From a bacterium (GTDB lineage: Bacteria; SZUA-182; DTGQ01): DNA of 23,030 nt. Shown in pieces: positions 7,907 to 17,406 of this stretch. Below the pieces are notes generated by a model, which made no database searches, was not told the DNA's origin, and worked only from the letters and a program-made list of their open reading frames with translations. Each line of letters starts with the position of its first letter. Positions within the stretch are counted from its first letter, which is position 1. Both the position numbers and the translations under genes were made by a program. The stretch covers positions 1 through 23,030 of the forward strand of contig JBFMGO010000098.1 of the NCBI GenBank assembly GCA_040752695.1, in the 5' to 3' direction.

Positions 7907-8816
7907 AGGAGAGCTCACGATTCCTCTCAAAAGGAAAAGGGCAGTGCATTCCAGACGGCCACACGGACTGCTCTTCATTATCCCCCTTTTGCTGCTCTTT
8001 TCCACTCATCCTGATGCAGCTCATTCTGCACTCCAGAGTAAGGGACAGGAGCAGCAAAAGAGAGAAACCGGGAATAAGGACCAGATCGACGATCCCTTCA
8101 AAAAAGGGCGCTCGATTATGGAGGAAGTGGAAAGAAGGGCCAAATCGGTGTCCGAGCATCTTTTTCTGACCATGATTATCCGCGACAGCGCTGGTAAGGA
8201 AAGAAAGCGGGCACTTGAAGTATGGAATGAATATAACCAGGATGGAAGGCGAAAAAATCTCATGCGCTTTACCAGCCCTCAGATGGTCAGAAATACGGGG
8301 TTACTCTCCCTGGAAAGAGAAGCGGGAGAGGATGACCAGTGGCTGTACCTGCCTATCTTGCGCAAAAGCAAGCGAATAGCAGCTTCGGCCAAGACCAATG
8401 AGTTTGTCGGAACGGATTTTACCTTCGAGGATTTGAGCGCTGAAAATATCGACGATTTCAAATACGAATTCCAGGGGGAACAGGAAACCGGCGGCCATAC
8501 CTGCTTCGTGGTCAAGGCCATACCCCTCGAGAGCAGGGCGAAAAGCACAGGCTACAGTGAGCGGATTATCTTTATCAGAAAGGATATCTACGCTCCTGTC
8601 ATGATCCAGCATTACGATTGGGATGGCAAATTCTATAAAAAATGGCTGGCCTCTGATCTGGTTCATGTCAAAGACGAATGCTGGCGGGCTAATCGTGAAG
8701 AGATGATTAAGGTCATAGAGAACAAGTGCACTATTCTCCTGATCGACAGGCGCATATCCAGTGATACCCTGGATAATGCCATTTTTACACAGCGGGAATT
8801 AACGAAAGAATACTAA
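7899..8816 (+). CDS. Outer-membrane lipoprotein-sorting (LolA-like) periplasmic protein
   Basis: N-terminal basic/hydrophobic signal-like segment. Family-typical motifs MRFTSP...RNTGLL, EDDQWLYLPILRKSKRIA, FVGTDFTFEDL, TGYS and C-terminal FTQREL. Confidence 0.85.
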   Translation: MGKGELTIPLKRKRAVHSRRPHGLLFIIPLLLLFSTHPDAAHSALQSKGQEQQKRETGNKDQIDDPFKKGRSIMEEVERRAKSVSEHLFLTMIIRDSAGKERKRALEVWNEYNQDGRRKNLMRFTSPQMVRNTGLLSLEREAGEDDQWLYLPILRKSKRIAASAKTNEFVGTDFTFEDLSAENIDDFKYEFQGEQETGGHTCFVVKAIPLESRAKSTGYSERIIFIRKDIYAPVMIQHYDWDGKFYKKWLASDLVHVKDECWRANREEMIKVIENKCTILLIDRRISSDTLDNAIFTQRELTKEY

Positions 8817-8867
8817 GGGGAAAGGGAAGAGACGGAAAATGTTTTTCAACCCGGATTCTCAATACAA

Positions 8868-10172
8868 ATGACTGGTAAAAAAAACTTCATCATCATAACT
8901 ATATTTCTCATATCGGCTTTTCTTCTCCCCTGGTATCAAAAAGGTGTCCAATGCGCTCCTTTCGGAACCTTCGATATCAATATCCTTGGAAGGGGCTACG
9001 CTTACTTCCAGCCTGCCCCTGGTGAGGAAAAAGAAACCCTCGGAGAGACAAAGATTAACCTGACCTACAGCAATACTTTCCGTAAGGGCTTGTTTTTTAA
9101 GTTATCATCTCGTTTGCAAATTGATACGGACCAACAGTCCGAAGGCGCTCTTGACAGCTACAAGGATAACGACCGGAAAAGGAAGATATTCGATGTCAAC
9201 GAGGGTTTCATAGAACATCGTCTGGGAAGGTTTGATTATTTTCTGGGCAAGAGAATACTCTCCTGGGGAAAAGGAGATCATTTTAACCTCTCCGATAAAA
9301 TCAATCCGAAAGATTACACGGATTTCCTTGATAATGAAAAGATGGGGATACTTTTAGCCGGGGTTAAGCTCTACCCTACCAGGAATTCTCAGTTAGAGGC
9401 GTGTCTCATACCGTTTTTTACCCGAAGCAGAATCCAGTTCTCCGATTCCCGCTGGGCACCATGCGGCCAGGGGTTTCGAATCGAAGAGGATATACCCGAT
9501 GATGCCATGCAATATGCCTCCCGGTACTCACTCTACCTGAACAACCTGGATATCGATGTGACCTACATGAGGAAGACAGAGGATCTGGCAACATGCCTGA
9601 TCGTTCCCACACCGATGATCGGCTCTCCCGACCTGTACGGGCCTCCCGGCCTGGTTGCACAATACCGGAAGATGAACCTCTTTTCAATAGAAGGGGCAAC
9701 GACTATGGCCGATCAGTTCGAATTACATGCCGGAGCAGCGTACCACGATATCGATAAAAATGAACTATACGGCCAGTTTATCCAGTACCTGCTTGGCATA
9801 AATTATACACTTGAAGAAAAATTACCTTTCAGTAAAAGTGTCAAACTGATTGGCGAGTACCTGGGTGACATCGACATTAATAAGCCGGAGAATAAAAAAC
9901 TGATAGTTCTTGATTTTTCCCGTATTTTCGAAAATTCATTATTCATGCGGATAACCTCTAAACTGACCGATTTTTCGGATTTCCAGATAGGCAATCTTTT
10001 CTCTCTAGAAAAATCCTTTAATGATATCCTGCGCCTTGAGTATACCTATAACCCTAATGACAAGCTAGAATTCAAAGCAGGATTGGATTTAATCTGGGGA
10101 GACGACCAACTGATCTTCGAGCAGTTTGAAGAAAACGATCGAATGTGGATAAGTATTAAGTATTTATTTTAA
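8868..10172 (+). CDS. Probable outer-membrane beta-barrel protein (DUF1302-like)
   Basis: Signal peptide. GKRILSWGKGD...DKINP motif typical of barrels encoded next to LolA-like genes. Amphipathic strands and a terminal aromatic BAM-type signal (WISIKYLF). Confidence 0.75.
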   Translation: MTGKKNFIIITIFLISAFLLPWYQKGVQCAPFGTFDINILGRGYAYFQPAPGEEKETLGETKINLTYSNTFRKGLFFKLSSRLQIDTDQQSEGALDSYKDNDRKRKIFDVNEGFIEHRLGRFDYFLGKRILSWGKGDHFNLSDKINPKDYTDFLDNEKMGILLAGVKLYPTRNSQLEACLIPFFTRSRIQFSDSRWAPCGQGFRIEEDIPDDAMQYASRYSLYLNNLDIDVTYMRKTEDLATCLIVPTPMIGSPDLYGPPGLVAQYRKMNLFSIEGATTMADQFELHAGAAYHDIDKNELYGQFIQYLLGINYTLEEKLPFSKSVKLIGEYLGDIDINKPENKKLIVLDFSRIFENSLFMRITSKLTDFSDFQIGNLFSLEKSFNDILRLEYTYNPNDKLEFKAGLDLIWGDDQLIFEQFEENDRMWISIKYLF

Positions 10173-10183
10173 GAGGAAACATT

Positions 10184-11095
10184 ATGCAACCAGGAGCAGC
10201 ATTTCTCTTTCCAGGAAATGACATTGATTGCAAAGAGACACTGAAAAAATTACATGCAGAACAGACATTCAGGGAAAATCTCGGAAAGGTAAACGAGTTG
10301 GCCAGGACACTCGGCCATATCGGGTATCCCGGCCAGGATACCGACGCGGACAGCGGAGAGTCTTCCAGCAGCGAGTTATATAATCAAATGATGATCTATG
10401 CAATCTGCTGTTCGATGTGCGACCGTTATAAAAGAGAGCACATTTTCCCGGCAGCGGTTTCAGGCTACAGCCTGGGAATTTACAGCGCCCTGTATGCCGC
10501 TTCAGTATACAGCTTTGAAACCGGTCTATCCATTCTGGTGGAAGCCTTCAACCTGGTAAAACAGTTCTATGAGAATACAGGACAAAAATTCGGGATGGGA
10601 GCGATTATTGGCCTTACGGAACAGGAAATCCAGAATCTTGTCTTTCCAAAGATTAACGGTTTTCTAGAAATAGCCTGCCTGAACGGTCATCGAAGCTTCG
10701 TTATTGTTGGAGAGAGCAGAGCAATAACGGAAAGTCTGGAACTGGCTGCCAGATTAGGTGCCATGAGAACCATCCGGATTAACACGGGATTCGGGTATCA
10801 TACCTCTATTCTCAAGGAAAGCATTGAAAAGCTGTATGCCTTCATGGATCATTGCACAATCCTCGATCCGCAATGCAAAATCTTATCCCCCCTCCATCTG
10901 GGCCTGGTCAGGAAGGATACTGTTACCAACGAGATCGTGAAGAGTCTGCATTCTCCCGTCAATTGGAACTCCCTGGTGAATGTTATGGTCGATCGCCATG
11001 ACATTCGGGTAGGCTACGAGGTTGGACCTGGAGAATCATTAGCCAAGATGGCTCGCTATATTAACCAAAACCTGAAGGTTTACACTTTCTCATAA
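10184..11095 (+). CDS. FabD-like acyltransferase (atypical active site)
   Basis: AFLFPG, nucleophile motif GYSLG, IACLN, GYHTS (catalytic His), SPVNW, EVGPG. The canonical GQG Gln and malonyl-binding Arg are not conserved. Confidence 0.85.
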   Translation: MQPGAAFLFPGNDIDCKETLKKLHAEQTFRENLGKVNELARTLGHIGYPGQDTDADSGESSSSELYNQMMIYAICCSMCDRYKREHIFPAAVSGYSLGIYSALYAASVYSFETGLSILVEAFNLVKQFYENTGQKFGMGAIIGLTEQEIQNLVFPKINGFLEIACLNGHRSFVIVGESRAITESLELAARLGAMRTIRINTGFGYHTSILKESIEKLYAFMDHCTILDPQCKILSPLHLGLVRKDTVTNEIVKSLHSPVNWNSLVNVMVDRHDIRVGYEVGPGESLAKMARYINQNLKVYTFS

Positions 11096-11115
11096 GATTT
11101 ACACTTTCTGATAAG
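11079..11115 (+). repeat. 18-bp direct repeat (19-bp period) spanning the acyltransferase stop and the next RBS
   Basis: tttacactttctCataag (11079-11096) and tttacactttctGataag (11098-11115), one mismatch. Confidence 0.75.
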
Positions 11116-11127
11116 GATAGATTGCAG

Positions 11128-12291
11128 ATGAAAATAGGACTTGTCGGTTACGGTAAAATGGGAAAAGGCATTTTTAACCTGCTCTCGTCACTGGACCATG
11201 AAGTCATCGTCTGGATGAGAGATGAAAAGAAGGTAAAAGAAGCACAGAATCAAATAGACAGGAAGTTAAGGAGAGCTCTTAAAAATGGTATTGTCACCCA
11301 GGATCAGTTCCAGGAGAAAGTATCTTCCCTGACCTTCACCGACCGTATGGAGGATCTGGCTGGGTGCGATCTGGTCATCGAATCCGTTGCCGAGGATTTT
11401 CAAAAGAAACTGACCATACTTCAAAAACTCGAGTCCATCCTTTCTCCCCAGGCTCTACTCCTGACCAATACCTCTTCTCTTTCCATCAATAAACTGGCCG
11501 GGGAACTGAAAAGAAGTGAGCGCTTTTGCGGATTTCACTTTTTCTATCCTGTCCCTTTAGTCAATCTCATCGAGATTATAAAATGGGAAAACGTGTCGGC
11601 TGACGTAGTAAACTCACTGCGGGTTTTTGCCTATGCTCTTGGCAAGGAGCCGATCATCATCAATGATGCTCCCGCTTCGGGAATAAATGACATTTTAGCT
11701 TATTATTATTATGAGGGAGCCTACATACTGGAGCAGGGTCTGGCTGCTCCCTCGCTGGTAGATAAAGCCGCTCTCGGATTCAGCCGGGTTGGCCCCTGTG
11801 AATCCATGGACATTATCGGAATCAAGCTCATCATAGAGACTTCGGAAAGAACAGCCAATATGCGCAAAGAGGGTATGCTCATACCTGACCTGTTCTACAG
11901 GCTGATCTCAATGGACCGGTTAGGAAGAGACTGCGGAAAGGGTTTTTTTATTTACCGGGCAGAAAAAATGGAGGATGATGTCCGTGAATTTTATCTGAAC
12001 CCTCTTCAGAGGCATTCATATAGCAGCTCAAGTCAGGATAAATCGATACTGCCGAAAAGGCTGCTCTACTCACTATTCAATGGATTCTTGCATAGTGTAT
12101 CAAGAGGCATCTCTTCGCAGGCGGAACTGAATTGCGGGTTGAAAGAAGTGCTCGGTATGACCGCGGGTCCCTGGGATATGATGAAATCCATTGGCAAGGA
12201 TACGCTTGCCAGAGAATTTCGCTTCCTCGCCCAGCACGTAGGGCAAAGATTCGAGCAGGGGAGCGGGTCAGCCCTTGACAATTGCTTATGA
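11128..12291 (+). CDS. 3-hydroxyacyl-CoA dehydrogenase-family protein
   Basis: Rossmann GYGKMGKG, DLVIESVAED, TNTSSLSI, GFHFFYP (catalytic His), LIEII (Glu), LGRDCGKGFF, plus a second C-terminal helical repeat. ATG 11128 preferred over TTG 11122 on RBS spacing. Confidence 0.88.
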   Translation: MKIGLVGYGKMGKGIFNLLSSLDHEVIVWMRDEKKVKEAQNQIDRKLRRALKNGIVTQDQFQEKVSSLTFTDRMEDLAGCDLVIESVAEDFQKKLTILQKLESILSPQALLLTNTSSLSINKLAGELKRSERFCGFHFFYPVPLVNLIEIIKWENVSADVVNSLRVFAYALGKEPIIINDAPASGINDILAYYYYEGAYILEQGLAAPSLVDKAALGFSRVGPCESMDIIGIKLIIETSERTANMRKEGMLIPDLFYRLISMDRLGRDCGKGFFIYRAEKMEDDVREFYLNPLQRHSYSSSSQDKSILPKRLLYSLFNGFLHSVSRGISSQAELNCGLKEVLGMTAGPWDMMKSIGKDTLAREFRFLAQHVGQRFEQGSGSALDNCL

Positions 12292-12307
12292 ATGTCAAGG
12301 GCTGACC
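12266..12307. terminator. 15-bp inverted repeat at the convergence of the lipid operon and the large secreted-protein gene (possible terminator or 3' stabilising hairpin)
   Basis: ggtcagcccttgaca (12266-12280) pairs with tgtcaagggctgacc (12293-12307). No U-tract lies on the correct side for either strand, so it is not a canonical intrinsic terminator. Confidence 0.45.
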
Positions 12308-12326
12308 AAAAAAACAGGCAATTACT

Positions 12327-15300
12327 TTAATCGAGGCAGGAAGGCTGCCCTAAATAGTACATAAACAGGCAGAGGGCATCTGCCGGAGTAACCTTGCCAT
12401 CCTGGTTTACGTCAGAGCAATCAGGACAGGCGCCTGAGCCGAGGTAGCACTTAAAAGCAGCCAGAGCGTCCGCGGGGGTAACCTTGCCATCCGCATTCAG
12501 ATCTCCGCTGCACACAGCCGATATGCAAAAACATCCGCCGCTCTTTGTGAACTGGGCAAAACCATCCTCTACATTTGCCAGCCCCAAGGGATAGCACTCA
12601 TTGTTCTGGCCGCCTTTTACCAGGAACTTCAGCCGGACAATCGAACCGCTTGCGCCTCTGGCAATACCCTGGCTGGTAAACAGCCCTCCTATTCTTATCG
12701 TGCCTGCACTCATAACCTTGACGTCAAAAAAGGTGGCATTCGTCATCAATTCGCCTTTTTCAAAGGTGGAATATTCCAGAATACCCGTATTGAAGGTAAC
12801 GTCAAAACCAAAGGAACTGACAGCCGAAGGTGCGGACTGAATCTTAACCGGTATCCAGACTTCACTTCCCGGCTTTCCCTTTGCCCCCTCGATGTCGAGA
12901 TTTCCTGAAGTGTTCTCCGTGCAGGTCTGTGAGCCGCAACTGTCTCCTCCCAGGCAATCGTCATCTTTGCCATTGCAGGGGATTTCCTGAGCTCCTGGAT
13001 GAACGTTTCTGTCCCCATCGTTGCAGTCGCTGTTATTCAAAACATAACCACTGGGAGTGGTGCAGCTTTGAGTGCTTCGTGAGGCATCGCCATAGCCATC
13101 CTGGTCCGCATCTGCATAAAAGGTTTGAGGCTGATTCGCGGTACAGCCGACCCACTGGCCATACTGGCAACTTTCCTCTCCCGTACCGCAGGACCCTGTG
13201 CATGGTCTGGTCAAACCCTCGTCCACCTGGCCGTTTTTATTGTTGTCCAGGCCGTCGCAGATTTCACCCTGACTCGATTGACACTCGCCTAAATGATCTA
13301 CATTCACACCCTGGCTTTGCGCCACACATGAATTGGAATAGGTTTTCCCGTCGCATCCGCAGACCGGACTGTAGAGCATAATGCACTGCTCGGGCAGGGG
13401 AGAGCAAACTCCCTGACCGTAGCACGCCCCAGTCTCTTTCTTGCAATAATCCTGAATCGAGCACTGGGAATTATCCATACAGACCTTATTGGAAGAGGAA
13501 TAGCTGCCAAAGGCATAGATCCTGCCATCCCTGCTGCCGATATAAATCGAACCATCAGCTCCGATGGCAGGTGAGGAATAAAAAGCGTCCCCTGCCTGGT
13601 AGCTCCACTTCTCGCTTCCATTGGCTGTCAGGGCATAGACTTTCTTATCCTGACTGCCCACATACACGGTGCCATCGGCACCAATGGCAGGAGTGGAACT
13701 AATGGCCCCGCCGGTCTGATAACCCCACCTGAAACTGCCGTCTTGCGCATTAAGAGCATAGAGCTTGCCGTCATTGCTGCCGATATACAGTTGCCCGTTG
13801 TTCCCCAGCGCAGGTGAGGAGTTGATCCACGATGAGGTCTGATACCGCCATTTGATCGTTCCGTTCGGCATAATGGCATAGACCTTGCCATCGAAACATC
13901 CGGTGTAGATTGTACCATCGGTTCCTATGGCAGGTGAGGATGCGATCCGGTCTCCAGTCACACAGCTCCACTTTATGCCTCCATCTTCGGGCTTAAGAGC
14001 ATAGAGCTTGCTGTCATGGCTGCCGACATAGACCGTACCGTCCGCTCCCATGGCCAGAGGTGAGTCAATCCGGTCGCCGAGTTTTTGGCTCCACTTCAGG
14101 CTGCCATCCGGGTTAACGGCTAATACTTTACCGCCAACGGTTCCGATATAAACCGCCCCATCAGCTCCTATAACCGGCGAAGAATAGATCTGGGTTCCCA
14201 GGATGGATGATGTCGGTTCCGCATAGGCCCACTTTTGGGTGCCGTTGGGGTTAAGGGCGTAGACTTTGCCGCTTTCGGTCCCGAAGTAGATGGTGCCGTC
14301 AGCAGCCAGGGCAGGTGAGGAGACGACCATGCTCCCGGTCTGATAAGCCCACTTTTGCGGGCCATTGGGATCGATGGCATACAAGTAGCCATCACAGCTT
14401 CCCACATAGACCGTGCCATCGGCTCCAATGGCCGGTGATGAGTCAACCCAGTAGCCTGTCTGGAAGGCCCATTTCAAATCGCCCGTTTGGGCGCCGGTAT
14501 AAGGGCTCTGGCCGCTGCGTCTTGAATCATATCCTTTCAAGGGCCAGGCTGCACCCTTGCCCGTGCACTCTCCCTCATGATCCACATTCACTCCCTGCCA
14601 GGCCGCATAGCACGAATTGGAATAGGTGATGCCGTCACATCCGCAGACAGGATTATAAACCGCAGGGCATTCTGCGGCCAAAGGAATGCACGATCCCTGG
14701 CCGGAGCAATTTCCAGCACCTTTCTGGCAATACTCATTTGATGAGCATTGTCCATTCACCGTACAGACAGGAGCACCAAAGGCGTACAGCGAGCCGTCCC
14801 TGCTGCCGACATAAATTGCGCCATCGGATCCTATGGCGGGGGAGGAATACACTTCACCGTTTGTCTGATAGCTCCATTTCGGACTGCCACCTTGCGCATT
14901 CAAGGCATAGATCCGGCCATCCCTGCTCCCGACATACACCGTACCGTCAGACCCTATCACCGGAGAGGAATCAACATTACCTGCGGTCTGATAGCTCCAC
15001 TTCGGATTGCCACTGGCACTGAGAGCGTAGATCTTGTCATCACCGCTGCCGATATAGATCGTGCCGTCATCGGCTATGGCAGGAGAGGAATAGATAGCGT
15101 CTCCAGTCTGACGATACCACCTCAGGCTGCCATCGGGATTGAAGGAATAGATCCTGCCATCCATGCTTCCGATATAGATCGTGCCATCGGTACTTATGGC
15201 AGGCGCAGAGCTGATCTTGTTCCCGGTCTGATAACGCCATTTCACGCTTCCATCTTCAGGCCGAAGAGCATAGATCCAATAGTCATGACTACCGATATAA

Positions 15301-17237
15301 ATGGTTCCGTCATTCCCTATGGCTGGCGGAGAATCTGCCCGATCGCCGAGTTTTTGGCTCCATTTCAGGCTGCCATCCGGCATAAAGGCCAAGACCTTGC
15401 CATCACTGACTCCGATGTAGACCGTACCGTCGGCTCCGACGACCGGCGAGGAATAAATCGCAGCCCCCATCTGGGAAGAATATGGCGGAAGCCCGGTATA
15501 AGCCCACTTTTGACCGCCGTTGGGACTGATGGCATAGACCCTGCCGCTTTCACTTCCGACATAGATGGTGCCATCGGCTCCTATGGCAGGCGAAGATATG
15601 ACCCTGCCCTGAGTCTGGAATCCCCATTTTTTATTTCCGCCTGCATCAATGGCGTAGAGCTGGCCATCATAGCTCCCCACATAGACAGTCCCATCAGCAC
15701 CTATAGCAGGCGAAGAGTCGATCGAATAGCCTGCCTGGCAGGTCCATCTCAAAGCATTGGTCTGTGCCCCCAAATAGGGACTCTGGCCGGAGCGCCGTGC
15801 ATTATACCCCTTGAGGGGCCACACACCCGCTCCTTGCGAAGGGCCGGGAAAGGTCGAGCATTCTCCGGTATGATTCACATTCACTCCGTGTGCCGCCGCA
15901 TCACAGGAATTTGCATAGGTGGCGCCATCGCACCCGCAGACAGGAGAATAGTCCATGGTGCACACGGATGACGGAAGACTGGCACATCTACCCTCTCCCT
16001 GGCAGTTGCCCGCACTTTTCTGGCAATATTCATTGGCCGAGCACTGGTCATCAGTAAGGCAAGGTTTGCTGGCAAAAGCATAGATCTTGGCATCCCTGCT
16101 TCCGAGATAAACCGTGCCGTCAGCTCCTATGGCCGGGGTTGCCCAAATATCGCCGCCGGTCTGATAGCTCCACTTCTGGCTGCCATCCTGGGCATTGAGG
16201 GCATAAACCATGTCATCATCGCTTCCGATGTAGACCGTGCCATCAGCTCCTATGGCCGGTGAGGAATGAACCGCTCCTCCGGTTTGAGATTTCCACTTCA
16301 GGTGGCCATCCGAACTCAGAGCATAGACCCAGCCATCGTTGCTTCCGGCATAGACCGTGCCATCGGCTCCTATAGCCGGAGAAGAATAGACGTCGGCATC
16401 TGTCTGATAGGCCCACTTCTGGGCGCCATCTTTGATGGCATAAATTTTGCCATCCATCTTTCCTTCCCGCCACCATCCGCCTCCGACATAAACGGTACCG
16501 TCCATTCCCACGGCCGGTGATGAATAAACGTAGAATGCCGTCTGGAAGCTCCACCTTACGGTGCCATCGGCTTTCAGGGCATAGACCTTGCCATCGAAAC
16601 TTCCAATGTAAACCGTTCCATCAGCTCCTATGGCAGGTGAGGAATGAATGCCGCTCCCGGTCTGGTAGACCCATTTCTGGGTGCCGTCTGGCTTCAGCGC
16701 ATATACCTTGTAATCAAGACTTCCGACGTAAATCGTGCCGTCAGCTCCTATGGCCGGCGAAGAAGAAACCCCGCCTCCGGTTTGAAAGCGCCATTTAAGG
16801 CTGCCATCCGGTTTGATGGCGTAGATTCTTCCATCATTGCTGCCAACGTAAACCGTACCATCGGCTCCCACGGCCGCAGTGGAATCGATACTGGAGCTGG
16901 TCTGATAGACCCATTTTGGACTGCTGGCCGAGCCAAAATCCGGGGCGAAAGCATAGATTTTACCATCGTTGCTTCCGACATAGACCGTGCCATCAGCAGC
17001 TATGACTGCCGAAGCATTGATCTTCTGGCCGGTCTGATAGCTCCACTTTACGCTATTGGCCTGTGATCCGATATACGCACTGCGCCCGGTGCGGCCCGGG
17101 TCATGCCCGCTGCATGGCCACGCACTGTCGGCCAGCCCCGCAGCGGAAACAGACGCAGCAGCAGACAGGATAAGAATACCCACACACCATACGGTTATTC
17201 CAATGAGGAAAAACTTCTTTAAGCTGTAACCTTTCAT
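12327..17237 (-). CDS. Large secreted multidomain protein: 3 x (PQQ-like 8-blade beta-propeller + Cys-rich/Kazal domain), MopE-like metal-binding repeats, cohesin, dockerin
   Basis: Signal peptide and RBS GGAGGAG. 24 repeats of [24 protein letters not shown]. Three Kazal motifs [29 protein letters not shown] and DADQDGYGD...DCND...[15 protein letters not shown] repeats. Cohesin-like V.IPVKI...[11 protein letters not shown]. Dockerin duplicated loops [15 protein letters not shown] / [14 protein letters not shown]. Confidence 0.9.
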   Translation of the reverse strand: MKGYSLKKFFLIGITVWCVGILILSAAASVSAAGLADSAWPCSGHDPGRTGRSAYIGSQANSVKWSYQTGQKINASAVIAADGTVYVGSNDGKIYAFAPDFGSASSPKWVYQTSSSIDSTAAVGADGTVYVGSNDGRIYAIKPDGSLKWRFQTGGGVSSSPAIGADGTIYVGSLDYKVYALKPDGTQKWVYQTGSGIHSSPAIGADGTVYIGSFDGKVYALKADGTVRWSFQTAFYVYSSPAVGMDGTVYVGGGWWREGKMDGKIYAIKDGAQKWAYQTDADVYSSPAIGADGTVYAGSNDGWVYALSSDGHLKWKSQTGGAVHSSPAIGADGTVYIGSDDDMVYALNAQDGSQKWSYQTGGDIWATPAIGADGTVYLGSRDAKIYAFASKPCLTDDQCSANEYCQKSAGNCQGEGRCASLPSSVCTMDYSPVCGCDGATYANSCDAAAHGVNVNHTGECSTFPGPSQGAGVWPLKGYNARRSGQSPYLGAQTNALRWTCQAGYSIDSSPAIGADGTVYVGSYDGQLYAIDAGGNKKWGFQTQGRVISSPAIGADGTIYVGSESGRVYAISPNGGQKWAYTGLPPYSSQMGAAIYSSPVVGADGTVYIGVSDGKVLAFMPDGSLKWSQKLGDRADSPPAIGNDGTIYIGSHDYWIYALRPEDGSVKWRYQTGNKISSAPAISTDGTIYIGSMDGRIYSFNPDGSLRWYRQTGDAIYSSPAIADDGTIYIGSGDDKIYALSASGNPKWSYQTAGNVDSSPVIGSDGTVYVGSRDGRIYALNAQGGSPKWSYQTNGEVYSSPAIGSDGAIYVGSRDGSLYAFGAPVCTVNGQCSSNEYCQKGAGNCSGQGSCIPLAAECPAVYNPVCGCDGITYSNSCYAAWQGVNVDHEGECTGKGAAWPLKGYDSRRSGQSPYTGAQTGDLKWAFQTGYWVDSSPAIGADGTVYVGSCDGYLYAIDPNGPQKWAYQTGSMVVSSPALAADGTIYFGTESGKVYALNPNGTQKWAYAEPTSSILGTQIYSSPVIGADGAVYIGTVGGKVLAVNPDGSLKWSQKLGDRIDSPLAMGADGTVYVGSHDSKLYALKPEDGGIKWSCVTGDRIASSPAIGTDGTIYTGCFDGKVYAIMPNGTIKWRYQTSSWINSSPALGNNGQLYIGSNDGKLYALNAQDGSFRWGYQTGGAISSTPAIGADGTVYVGSQDKKVYALTANGSEKWSYQAGDAFYSSPAIGADGSIYIGSRDGRIYAFGSYSSSNKVCMDNSQCSIQDYCKKETGACYGQGVCSPLPEQCIMLYSPVCGCDGKTYSNSCVAQSQGVNVDHLGECQSSQGEICDGLDNNKNGQVDEGLTRPCTGSCGTGEESCQYGQWVGCTANQPQTFYADADQDGYGDASRSTQSCTTPSGYVLNNSDCNDGDRNVHPGAQEIPCNGKDDDCLGGDSCGSQTCTENTSGNLDIEGAKGKPGSEVWIPVKIQSAPSAVSSFGFDVTFNTGILEYSTFEKGELMTNATFFDVKVMSAGTIRIGGLFTSQGIARGASGSIVRLKFLVKGGQNNECYPLGLANVEDGFAQFTKSGGCFCISAVCSGDLNADGKVTPADALAAFKCYLGSGACPDCSDVNQDGKVTPADALCLFMYYLGQPSCLD

Positions 17238-17406
17238 AACCTCTCTCCTCCACCATTGCCTGATTTTTTTATTTTAAAAGTTAAATGACCAATGAGTATC
17301 AGCGGTCCTGGAACTGGCAGTCAGGAAGGACTGAAGAGCCTCAACTAAGGAAAAGACTCTTCAGTTAACACGTTTCATCTTTTATTATCACCCCCCTTGG
17401 AAGACT

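Noticed and set aside
14748..15971. 407-aa plus-strand ORF (and other short ORFs in 12600-17066)
   Set aside because: Antisense shadows of the GC-rich repetitive propeller gene. Their periodicity mirrors the minus-strand repeats and they have no independent motifs.
13505..17120. PQQ-dependent dehydrogenase activity for the propeller protein
   Set aside because: The blades are short, uniform repeats without the long catalytic insertions of quinoprotein dehydrogenases, so they are more consistent with a scaffold.
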